DNA of 32,000 nucleotides. It comes from Alkalibacter saccharofermentans DSM 14828. GTDB lineage: Bacteria > Bacillota > Clostridia > Eubacteriales > Alkalibacteraceae. Position 1 is the first letter of the stretch; each line of letters begins with the position of its first letter. Below are positions 1 to 7,681 of the stretch, one piece after another. The stretch lies in NCBI RefSeq assembly GCF_900128885.1, contig NZ_FQTU01000002.1, forward strand, positions 1,385-33,384. Direction: 5' to 3'. Below the pieces are notes generated by a model. It ran no database searches. It had not been told where the DNA came from and saw only the letters and a program-made list of their open reading frames with translations. Both the position numbers and the translations under genes were made by a program.

Positions 1-3000
1 TCGTTTTTCCTTTCCCACTTTATAGTGATTTCCAAGTGGGTCAACTTGATATTTTTCTAAAGTTTTTAAAGTTTTTATACCTAAACTTTGTATTGTGTAT
101 GTATTATCATGATTAATAATTGTAATTACGCCACTATTAATTCCTGATTTAACATAATAAGCATGTATTTCTTTGCATATGTACTCTTTAGAGAGTGTTC
201 CCTTAATACTTATTGCAGATAGTTTCAATTCTTTTTTTCCTTCAATTCTAATCAAATCATTTGGGTATAATGAAAATATGAAATCTTTATCGTTCATTTC
301 TTTCCATTCCTTATAGGGTTTATGTGCAACTACCGCTTTACTAGGAAGTTCTTTTTTCATACGATCCGCAATATAAATCGGGATAAAATAGTATCCTTCA
401 CCTTCCACATGGAAAATGTCTATCCTTATCATGCTATCATTATATGCAACGCCTTTTCCATCATGCACATCGACTGTTAAAGATGCTTTTTCATAAACTT
501 TGACCTTCTTGACTACAGGTCCCTTTTCCCCATTTTTTGTAGGCTTATAGAATGGTTCTGAAAAAGCTTTCTTCCCATCATTATTATATTTCACCAATTG
601 TTCTTTTAATTCTTGGTACAGTTTTCGGTCACTGTTTGGATTGTAATAATTTTCTATCTCTCCATCTTTGTCTAGTTTCAATTTCTCCAATGGTCTTTTT
701 AGCAATATTAATCCTTCATCTTTTAGTTTTGGGCTAAAAATTGTCTCTTTGTGGGCAGCCCCTGTTATCTTTCTTTTTGGCATTCTTGATACAAATATCG
801 GTTTAATATTATCTTCTGTAAATTCTCCAATACTATTGAGAAATTTCATGGGATCATCCATCAACCTTATATCTAGTTCGTTTCGAAACCCTTCCCATGG
901 CATTGGAAATTTTTCTATAATTTCGCCTGTTTTTTTATCAACTACATGTTCATCTAGTTGAACATATCGTTTTTCTTTATAATCACAATGTCTTGACACT
1001 TTTTGTATCATCCCGTCAGATGTACACGCTACCACAAGTGCATCCACTGCATGATGAAGATCTCCATCTTCTCGAACTTTACTAATCCCCCAACGTTTTC
1101 TTAAATAACTTGTAACAGCTCCGTTTACAGCGGTTACTTTTTTCTTCTTGCCAGTATTATTTTCTGCAAACAGCAGGTAATCGTTTAAGTAATTGTACAT
1201 AAATCGAGAAACATGCTTCGTATCATTGAGATTTCTTTCCTTGAACCGCTTCCTGTCTTCTTCCGTGATATCTTCTTTAAGAAAATTCATTTTTTTATTT
1301 TTATCCCTAATGGTATTATTTACCCACACTTTAAACTTATCTGCCTTATCTCCTTTTAAGTAATGCAAAGGTAGCCTGTTTCCTTTTTGCCTGTTCTCAC
1401 TTGCTAAAACCACAACTTTATTGGCATAACTGTCATTGAACGAGATGCTGTATGGAATTATATGATCAATGTCCGCATAACCAACTTCAAATAGCCTATC
1501 TATTTGAATCTCTTTAAGTGAGTATGGGCATATGCCATCTTGCTGTTTCCAAAGCTTTAATTTCACAATATCTATTCCCGAGGGATATAGTACTCCTTGA
1601 TCACTTATTTCTTGCTTAATTCTTTCATTTTGAGCTTGATTTTCCTTCATCTCTTTTTCTATTCTATTTCTATCTGAGAAATCCTTCGCCATTTCTCTAG
1701 CCAACTCAATACCGATAAAAGTCGGACTTTCTCCATACTGTCTGATAATGCTATTAATTACTTTCCTAGTTTGAGCAATTGCCCTACGCACTACAGGGCT
1801 TGTAACTTCAGTAATTTCATCGATTTCTGCTGGCAGTAAAAGTTGCTTTTCTTTTCCGTCGTGGCCCTTAAAGTTATAATCTGCTTTTTCACAAGCTACA
1901 TTATATTTAAAGCCCTGTTCTAAAAATGGTATTATTTTATCTAAAGCTTTGGTGCTGAGATTTGCAAATTTGCTAAATCCTCCAACATGAAGCAGCAAAA
2001 CTTCTAGGTCCTTCCTGGATATGTTAAAATCATTGAGATAATCTGCTATCTTTTGATCTGTCTTGTAAACCGTAAAAGCATATCCAATCCCATTCAGTGC
2101 TTCAATACTATAATCGCATATACGGTTTTTTTCAATTTTATCCAGAGCCACTCTAACTTTATGGTAGTTTTTCAAGTAGTCAAATTTCGCGCTTTTTTCT
2201 ACATCGTTAATGGACTTGTTGCCATAATTTAGTGTTGAAAATAAAACTGATTCTGTGAACTTTAATTCTTTTCTGATTTTTGCGTACGTTAAAGCTGGAC
2301 TTTTAAAGGCCAACTCCTTAATAGCTCTTCTCTCTTCTCCAGTCAAAAATCTACTTTCTCCGTTTATGTTTACTCTGATATTGTTTATATTCTGTAATAA
2401 GTTGGCGTATTCAGCTGAAAATGCTGCTTTGGGAGCTCTCTTCTCTTTCTTTTCAAATCTGCACATACCAATCATCTTTTCAATCTGGTCCCCAGAATAA
2501 GGGCTTGGCAGTCCTGGACCATTATCAAATGACCGTTGTGTAAAAAGTATCTCAACGTACTTTGACTCAAACTCATCATTGAGTATTTCTGATCCATATT
2601 TTCTTTGACAATCAAAAATCATTTGTACTTCTTCCAAAACTAGATCTCTCCCTACCGTATGGGAATAATCATCGCTTTTGTTTCTTTTATGGTCCGCAAA
2701 TTTAGGATCTTTTAGAAGCATCTCACCAACAGTCCTATAGCCTTTTTCTAACATCAGTTTTTTATTTATTTCAACTGCTTTTAAAAGTTTACCCGATTCT
2801 TCCTCTGCTAGTTTTTCAGACTTTCTATTTGACTTAAACCCTCTGCGTTGAGCTAAGTGTATCAATAGTCGAGTGATTTCATCCTGATTAAGTAATCTAT
2901 CTAATGCTTCAACTCGTATCTCATATATATCTTTTAATTTTTTGTGACCAAACAAATTATTGAATTGGTCTTCAGTCAGTAAATCCTTGCTAAATATAAG

Positions 3001-3228
3001 TGCTCTAATTCTATCTAGTCGGTGTTTTTTCCTTCTAATTCGTCTTCTCGCACCCCTGGCTTCTCTTCGCGGCAACGCTAAAGATGCTCCATCTTTGGGG
3101 TTTTCAGCAGCATCAAATATTCTAACGCCCATATCAATAATTTTATAAGGTTCATCATTACTATCCAAATTCACTGTTGCCCATCCCACTGAAGTAATTC
3201 CAATATCCAATCCAATTTTATAATTCAT
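1..3228 (-). CDS. cas9: Cas9 endonuclease (compact, type II-C-like, about 1080 aa). The 3' end runs off the left window edge.
   Basis: Own translation of the reverse strand. ATG at 3228-3226 is preceded by GGGGTG (3240-3235), followed by 1076 sense codons to nt 1 with no stop, so it is absent from the closed-ORF track. Motifs: MNYKIGLDIGITSVGWA (RuvC-I, D8); Arg-rich bridge helix LPRREARGARRRIRRKKHRLDRIR; FIGIELAREM (RuvC-II, E508); DIDHIIPYSISFNDSYANKVVVLASENRQKGNRLP (HNH, H589 = nt 1464-1462, N612); DLHHAVDALVVA (RuvC-III, H726/D729). The C-terminal KYQVDPLGNHYKVGKEKR resembles the extreme C-terminus of NmeCas9, so only a few codons are probably missing. Confidence 0.95.
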   Translation of the reverse strand, partial: MNYKIGLDIGITSVGWATVNLDSNDEPYKIIDMGVRIFDAAENPKDGASLALPRREARGARRRIRRKKHRLDRIRALIFSKDLLTEDQFNNLFGHKKLKDIYEIRVEALDRLLNQDEITRLLIHLAQRRGFKSNRKSEKLAEEESGKLLKAVEINKKLMLEKGYRTVGEMLLKDPKFADHKRNKSDDYSHTVGRDLVLEEVQMIFDCQRKYGSEILNDEFESKYVEILFTQRSFDNGPGLPSPYSGDQIEKMIGMCRFEKKEKRAPKAAFSAEYANLLQNINNIRVNINGESRFLTGEERRAIKELAFKSPALTYAKIRKELKFTESVLFSTLNYGNKSINDVEKSAKFDYLKNYHKVRVALDKIEKNRICDYSIEALNGIGYAFTVYKTDQKIADYLNDFNISRKDLEVLLLHVGGFSKFANLSTKALDKIIPFLEQGFKYNVACEKADYNFKGHDGKEKQLLLPAEIDEITEVTSPVVRRAIAQTRKVINSIIRQYGESPTFIGIELAREMAKDFSDRNRIEKEMKENQAQNERIKQEISDQGVLYPSGIDIVKLKLWKQQDGICPYSLKEIQIDRLFEVGYADIDHIIPYSISFNDSYANKVVVLASENRQKGNRLPLHYLKGDKADKFKVWVNNTIRDKNKKMNFLKEDITEEDRKRFKERNLNDTKHVSRFMYNYLNDYLLFAENNTGKKKKVTAVNGAVTSYLRKRWGISKVREDGDLHHAVDALVVACTSDGMIQKVSRHCDYKEKRYVQLDEHVVDKKTGEIIEKFPMPWEGFRNELDIRLMDDPMKFLNSIGEFTEDNIKPIFVSRMPKRKITGAAHKETIFSPKLKDEGLILLKRPLEKLKLDKDGEIENYYNPNSDRKLYQELKEQLVKYNNDGKKAFSEPFYKPTKNGEKGPVVKKVKVYEKASLTVDVHDGKGVAYNDSMIRIDIFHVEGEGYYFIPIYIADRMKKELPSKAVVAHKPYKEWKEMNDKDFIFSLYPNDLIRIEGKKELKLSAISIKGTLSKEYICKEIHAYYVKSGINSGVITIINHDNTYTIQSLGIKTLKTLEKYQVDPLGNHYKVGKEKR

Positions 3229-3251
3229 TATGTTCACCCCTTTAATTAACA

Positions 3252-3280
3252 ATTATATACTTATATTTCCTTTTAATCAA
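3252..3280 (-). promoter_or_regulatory. Candidate sigma-A promoter of cas9
   Basis: On the minus strand: TTGATT (3280-3275), 17-nt spacer, TATAAT (3257-3252). It lies about 25 nt upstream of the cas9 RBS/ATG and immediately downstream of the tracrRNA terminator. Confidence 0.55.
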
Positions 3281-3284
3281 GTTT

Positions 3285-3322
3285 TTTGCATAAAGATAAC
3301 GCCTTGCATCATGCAAGGCGTT
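3285..3322 (-). terminator. Intrinsic terminator / 3' hairpin of the tracrRNA
   Basis: Perfect inverted repeat AACGCCTTGCA / TGCAAGGCGTT (3298-3322, 11-12 bp stem, 1-3 nt loop). On the minus strand it is followed by an interrupted U-tract, UAUCUUUAU. Confidence 0.6.
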
Positions 3323-3382
3323 AGAGCTTTTCGGTGTACTACCTTATTGTAGCAACCATATTAAGTTTTGGTATAATAGATT
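3287..3382 (-). ncRNA. tracrRNA: Candidate tracrRNA (about 96 nt), co-oriented with and upstream of cas9
   Basis: Minus-strand sequence: AAUCUAUUAUACCAAAACUUAAUAUGGUUGCUACAAUAAGGUAGUACACCGAAAAGCUCUAACGCCUUGCAUGAUGCAAGGCGUUAUCUUUAUGCA. It has a 36-37 nt anti-repeat ending GUUGCUACAAU, then an AAGG nexus, a GAAAAG..AACGC segment and a terminal GC-rich hairpin. This layout and the GUUGCUACAAUAAGG string match the NmeCas9 tracrRNA/sgRNA scaffold as I remember it. It has its own promoter and terminator. Both ends are predicted, not mapped. Confidence 0.75.
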
Positions 3383-3388
3383 AGTTAG

Positions 3389-3417
3389 ATGATACCACAT
3401 TTTTTCTTTCTTGTAAA
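3389..3417 (-). promoter_or_regulatory. Candidate promoter of the tracrRNA
   Basis: On the minus strand: TTTACA (3417-3412), 17-nt spacer, TGG-TATCAT (extended -10, 3394-3389). This predicts a start at A 3382/3381, exactly at the 5' edge of the anti-repeat. Confidence 0.55.
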
Positions 3418-3451
3418 CATTATTTAAACTTTTTTGAATTTAATTTACAGT

Positions 3452-4573
3452 CTACACCTCAAACGCTTTTGCCACATCTTTCAAACTTTTGATAATTTCT
3501 ATATGCTGTGGACAGCTCTTTTCACATTTTCCACATTCGATGCAATCAGAGGCTTTGCCAAACTTCTTAGTGTAATTTCCATAATAGACCTTTAAAATAT
3601 TAAACCCTTTGTCTTTAAATCGTTCCTTCGCATTGTACAGTGAAAAATAGTTTGGTATGGGGATGTTCATCGGGCAATCATCCACGCAATAATTACAAGC
3701 TGTACAAGGTACCGTTATCGATTCGTTGATTATCTTAACAGCTTTGTCGATAATATCGAGCTCTTCTTTGAAAAGAGGTTTAAATTCCTTCATATAGCCT
3801 GTATTATCCAACAGCTGTTCCATTGAAGACATTCCACTTAAAACGGTAATGACATTATCGAGACTGGCTGCATATCTTACTGCCCAGGATGCAACGCTCA
3901 TTTCCGAATCATGATTTTTGTATAGCTTTTCCACCTCTTCAGGAACCTGTGACAATATTCCACCTTTTACGGGCTCCATGATTATCACAGGTTTATTGTG
4001 CTTCATGGCGACCTCGTAGCATTTTCGAGACTGAATGCTTTCATTCTCCCAGTCAATATAATTGATCTGCAATTGTACGAAGTCCACTTCCGGGTTCTCG
4101 GTCAAAATTTCATCAAGCAAATCTGCTCTGTCGTGAAAGGAAAAACCTATTTTCTTTGCTTTGCCTTCCGCTTTTTTATTTTGAACAAATGAAAAAGCGT
4201 CAAATTTCTTAGCTAATTCATAATGACCTGCGCCTAGGTTATGTATCATATAATAGTCAAAATAATCTAGACCTGTCTTATCAAGCTGCTCATTAAATAC
4301 CTTCTCCAATTCTTCTTGCTCTTTAATAAGCATAATCGGGAGCTTATCTGCAACTGTATAAGCGTCTCTCGGATGGCGCTTTACCAACGACTCTCTCAAT
4401 GCATTCTCACTTACAAAGTTATGGTACATGTAAGCAGTATCGAAGTAATTAAAACCTCTTTCCAAGAAAGTATCTACCATTTTATTTAATTGTTCATAGT
4501 CGATGCTTGTTTGATCATCCTTATCTTTGATGGGTAACCTCATCCATCCAAATCCCAGTTTTTTTGTATCCAT
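3452..4573 (-). CDS. Aldo/keto reductase fused to a C-terminal 2x[4Fe-4S] ferredoxin domain (COG1453-like oxidoreductase)
   Basis: 373-aa ORF with RBS GAGGAG. The N-terminal AKR barrel has [13 protein letters not shown]. The C-terminus has [12 protein letters not shown] and [12 protein letters not shown] cluster motifs. Confidence 0.8.
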   Translation of the reverse strand: MDTKKLGFGWMRLPIKDKDDQTSIDYEQLNKMVDTFLERGFNYFDTAYMYHNFVSENALRESLVKRHPRDAYTVADKLPIMLIKEQEELEKVFNEQLDKTGLDYFDYYMIHNLGAGHYELAKKFDAFSFVQNKKAEGKAKKIGFSFHDRADLLDEILTENPEVDFVQLQINYIDWENESIQSRKCYEVAMKHNKPVIIMEPVKGGILSQVPEEVEKLYKNHDSEMSVASWAVRYAASLDNVITVLSGMSSMEQLLDNTGYMKEFKPLFKEELDIIDKAVKIINESITVPCTACNYCVDDCPMNIPIPNYFSLYNAKERFKDKGFNILKVYYGNYTKKFGKASDCIECGKCEKSCPQHIEIIKSLKDVAKAFEV

Positions 4574-4613
4574 ATATATCGTCTCCTCTAGTTTTTTCTC
4601 AATCCATATATAT

Positions 4614-4644
4614 ACCTTACCACCTAGAGTACACTCTAAGTCAA
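4614..4644 (-). promoter_or_regulatory. MerR-type promoter/operator in front of the AKR-FeS gene
   Basis: On the minus strand: TTGACT (4644-4639), 19-nt spacer, TAAGGT (4619-4614). The overlong spacer contains the dyad TAGAGT-nn-ACTCTA (4625-4638). A 19-bp spacer with a central palindrome is the MerR-family operator architecture. Confidence 0.45.
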
Positions 4645-4983
4645 GATTTTTTTACAACTTGTTTTAAATATTACGTCATCTCATTCTTGATATGAGCGGT
4701 TTAATCTCTATGACAATTACCTAAGTTGATAAAAAACAAAATCACCTCTGATGACTGATATCTTACATGAGAATTGGTTTGATGCCACCAGCGCCAAAAA
4801 CTTAAAGTAGAGTGTTCAATTACGATCAAGATTCTCATAACAGATTTAATAGTCAAAGGAAAAGTCCCGCTAGACTTAGTTGCAGGATTTTCTATCTGGA
4901 TATTTGCAAAGACAAAATAAATGCCTTGGTAGATTGATGCAGATCTGTATGGCAATCTGAGTTTCTTATTTGCCCCTAGAGCA

Positions 4984-7428
4984 TTAAATGTTCTCTTTTT
5001 TAATGTTTTCCAACTGCTTTTTCAATTTTTTAATTTCACTTCTATTATTAAACCACGAGGATATTAAGTGAAACGCTCCTATAAAAAATTTCCCGTTCAC
5101 CATCTCTAAAACATCATCAATCATAGCCGCATCTACTTGCCCCACGGTCATTTTAGAAATCGCCCTAAAAGGCATATTATAAATATAGAGTATGTTTATA
5201 TTTGGCTCTCCCTTTTTTTCTGAACGATTTTTGATTCCGTCAAGAATTTTAAAAACAAGCCGACCTATCAATCCTTTAGCGTAATAAAGCTGAGAAATGG
5301 TGTCTTCACTTGTTAGCCTCTTAGTAGTATCCCAACTGGATTTTGGAATCGGGCGATTCAGCAATGATTCAAATTCTTCATCAGAAACGTTTCTCACATC
5401 TCCATTGTAGTAGGCTGATAACTTCACCACATCATAGGGACTATCAGCATTTGTTCCCACTAAATGCAAAGTTTCATTCAATGCTATATCCTCAGAAGAT
5501 GCACCAACCATAATCCGATATTCACCGGTTTCTAACTCAAATTTATGCGTTTTGATATTGTAATATCTGAAAGCTTTGTCATCAAGGACTATCTCTAATT
5601 CCTTTTTTTCTCCAGGTTCTAGATAAACTTTGCTGAACTCTTTAAGTTCTTTTGATGCCCTAAATATTTTACTGTCTTTTAACCCTACATATAGCTGCGC
5701 AATTTCTTCTCCTGGGATTTTCCCAACATTTTTTATTTTAAAGGCAACTTTATTATTTGAGCATACAAGGTCAGAATACTCAAACTTCGTATAGCTTAGT
5801 CCATATCCAAAAGGAAATCTAACTGGAATATCCTTTTTTTGATAGTATCTGTAGCCAACGTATATTCCTTCCCTGTATTCAGCAGTAAGCTCATTTCCCG
5901 GGAAATAATTATATGTAGGGGTATCCTCATGTTTAATAGGATACGTCTCGCTAAGTTTACCACTGGGGCAAATCCTGCCTGTAACGATATTGATAATTGC
6001 GCTTGCTCCCGCCTGTCCTGCCAAGCAGGAAAACAATAAAGACTTCGCATTGTCTAACCAAGGCATTTCAACGACAGAACCGGCGCTGAGGACAACTACA
6101 ATATTTTCATTAATATATCTTAACTCCGCCAACAGCTGAGTCTGATTTTCTCTAATCTTCATGTGTTTGCGATCTAAACCTTCCGATTCGTAGCTCTCGT
6201 CAAGCCCTAGATACAATAAGACAACATCTGCATTCCTAGCCAAGCTCAATGCCTCTTCTTTCATTCTTTCATTTGCCTTCCCGTATCGTTCGAATCCTTG
6301 GGCATAACCTATTAAATCCAGATGGCTATTTTCAATCATCTCCAAAGTGTCATCCATCTTAGTCGGGGTAACTTTGCTGGAGCCTGCCCCCTGATATCTG
6401 GGTATTACTGCAAAGTCTCCAATCACAGCTACTTTAATACCAGCTTTTAAGGGCAGCAACTTATCATTATTCTTTAATAGTACTATGGATCTTTCTGCTG
6501 CTATTCTTGCCATTTCATGGTGTGCATCCACGTCAAATTCATTTTCTCGTTTTTTCTGTTCTTTCTTGATTTTAAATACTGCACTGAGAAGCTCGTCAAC
6601 CCGCTCATCAAGTACTTCCATTGCGAGATTGCCATTCTTGACTGCTGCCACCACCTCTAAATCACTGACTCCCCCATTCGATGGCATCTCTAGATGGCTT
6701 CCTGCTTTAACAGCCTCTACATGGTCTTTACTTCCACCCCAATCTGTTACCACAAATCCTTCAAAGCCCCACTTATCAACCAATAGATCTTTCAACAAAT
6801 AAGAGCTCTCATTTGCATGAACGCCGTTAATCTTGTTGTATGCAGACATTATGGACATGGGTCTACCTTCTTTTACTGCTATTTCAAACCCTGTAAGATA
6901 TATCTCGTGTAAGGTTCTTTCATCCAAGACAGAATCGCTTGTCAGGCGCAGAAGCTCTTGGTTATTTGCTGCAAAGTGCTTGGGACAGGCTGCTATGCCT
7001 TTTGATTGAACTCCTTTTATTAACGCCGCTGCAAGCTTGCCCGATAGATAGGGATCCTCACTGAAGTATTCAAAATTTCTTCCACACAATGGGCTTCTTT
7101 TTATGTTAAGCCCTGGCCCAAGCCAAACGTCAACGTCATGTGATTTTGCTTCTTCACCCAATAGTTCCCCTACTTTTTCCACCAAGTTTTTGTCCCAACT
7201 GTTGGCTAATGTAGCTGCTGTGGGAAACGATGTAGAGGGATGCCCTGCATTTAGACCCAAATGGTCTGCGCTACCAATCTGCTTTCTGATTCCATGAGGA
7301 CCATCAGCCATTCTTAACGAAGGTATATTCAGTCTGTCTATAGATTTAGACATCCAAAAATCTTTTCCTGAAAGTAGTGAGGCTTTTTCTTCTAAAGTCA
7401 TATTATCTATTAAATTTTTGTATTTCAT
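4984..7428 (-). CDS. Glycoside hydrolase family 3 beta-glucosidase (BglX-like)
   Basis: Motifs: MTLEEKASLLSG at the N-terminus, GLNIKRSPLCGRNFEYFSEDP, the nucleophile region GFVVTDWGG, and a Fn3-like C-terminal domain. The track ORF starts at a TTG (7443). I place the start at ATG 7428-7426, 5 nt after GGAGG (7438-7434). Confidence 0.85.
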   Translation of the reverse strand: MKYKNLIDNMTLEEKASLLSGKDFWMSKSIDRLNIPSLRMADGPHGIRKQIGSADHLGLNAGHPSTSFPTAATLANSWDKNLVEKVGELLGEEAKSHDVDVWLGPGLNIKRSPLCGRNFEYFSEDPYLSGKLAAALIKGVQSKGIAACPKHFAANNQELLRLTSDSVLDERTLHEIYLTGFEIAVKEGRPMSIMSAYNKINGVHANESSYLLKDLLVDKWGFEGFVVTDWGGSKDHVEAVKAGSHLEMPSNGGVSDLEVVAAVKNGNLAMEVLDERVDELLSAVFKIKKEQKKRENEFDVDAHHEMARIAAERSIVLLKNNDKLLPLKAGIKVAVIGDFAVIPRYQGAGSSKVTPTKMDDTLEMIENSHLDLIGYAQGFERYGKANERMKEEALSLARNADVVLLYLGLDESYESEGLDRKHMKIRENQTQLLAELRYINENIVVVLSAGSVVEMPWLDNAKSLLFSCLAGQAGASAIINIVTGRICPSGKLSETYPIKHEDTPTYNYFPGNELTAEYREGIYVGYRYYQKKDIPVRFPFGYGLSYTKFEYSDLVCSNNKVAFKIKNVGKIPGEEIAQLYVGLKDSKIFRASKELKEFSKVYLEPGEKKELEIVLDDKAFRYYNIKTHKFELETGEYRIMVGASSEDIALNETLHLVGTNADSPYDVVKLSAYYNGDVRNVSDEEFESLLNRPIPKSSWDTTKRLTSEDTISQLYYAKGLIGRLVFKILDGIKNRSEKKGEPNINILYIYNMPFRAISKMTVGQVDAAMIDDVLEMVNGKFFIGAFHLISSWFNNRSEIKKLKKQLENIKKENI

Positions 7429-7681
7429 TACAACCTCCGCCAACTGTTATCTTGCACTGGTTTTATTATTTATATCCTTATAGAATTAATCTTACCAGTA
7501 TAAAAGAGCTTTCTGCAGATCAACCACAAAAAGCTTCTAAATTAAGTGCAATGTAATCAATTAGTTTTATATCTTACGAAGCAACGGTATCAATGTTTAA
7601 GCCGATAACTGTTATTTCCCATGATTAATTATGATTAAGCATATGTCCATTTGCTTTTATTTTATTTCACTCAAGTTTTTT

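Noticed and set aside
552-3148. Plus-strand ORFs from the track (552-737, 668-961, 2255-2500, 2960-3148), which are the only listed content of the first 3.4 kb
   Set aside because: They are short, Leu/Ser/Phe/Ile-rich and have no RBS. All lie antisense to a continuous 1076-codon Cas9 frame with unmistakable motifs. They are shadow ORFs of an AT-rich gene.
3349-3379. Apparent strong plus-strand promoter TTGTAG-N19-TGGTATAAT pointing towards the 3' end of the AKR gene
   Set aside because: It is the complement of the tracrRNA anti-repeat, and the -35/-10 spacing is 19 nt. Nothing is plausibly transcribed from it here. The -10 box is better explained as an image of the repeat-embedded promoter expected in the CRISPR array.
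4701-4955. 84-aa minus-strand ORF in the AKR-GH3 gap
   Set aside because: It has no Shine-Dalgarno sequence, an odd composition (W/H/R/F-rich, no recognisable motif) and lies in a region with stops in all other frames. It is treated as non-coding or decayed sequence.
4984-5350. C-terminal extension of about 110 aa on the GH3 enzyme as a novel domain
   Set aside because: Many bacterial GH3 enzymes carry variable C-terminal extensions after the Fn3-like domain. I see no distinctive motif here and cannot support a separate claim.
7442-7611. Two copies of AACTGTTAT (7442-7450 and 7603-7611, the latter within the palindrome ATAACTGTTAT) upstream of the GH3 gene, as a possible operator or cre site
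   Set aside because: The repeat is only 9 nt in AT-rich DNA, so it could be chance. It does not match the cre consensus (TGWAANCGNTNWCA) and no cognate regulator is adjacent.
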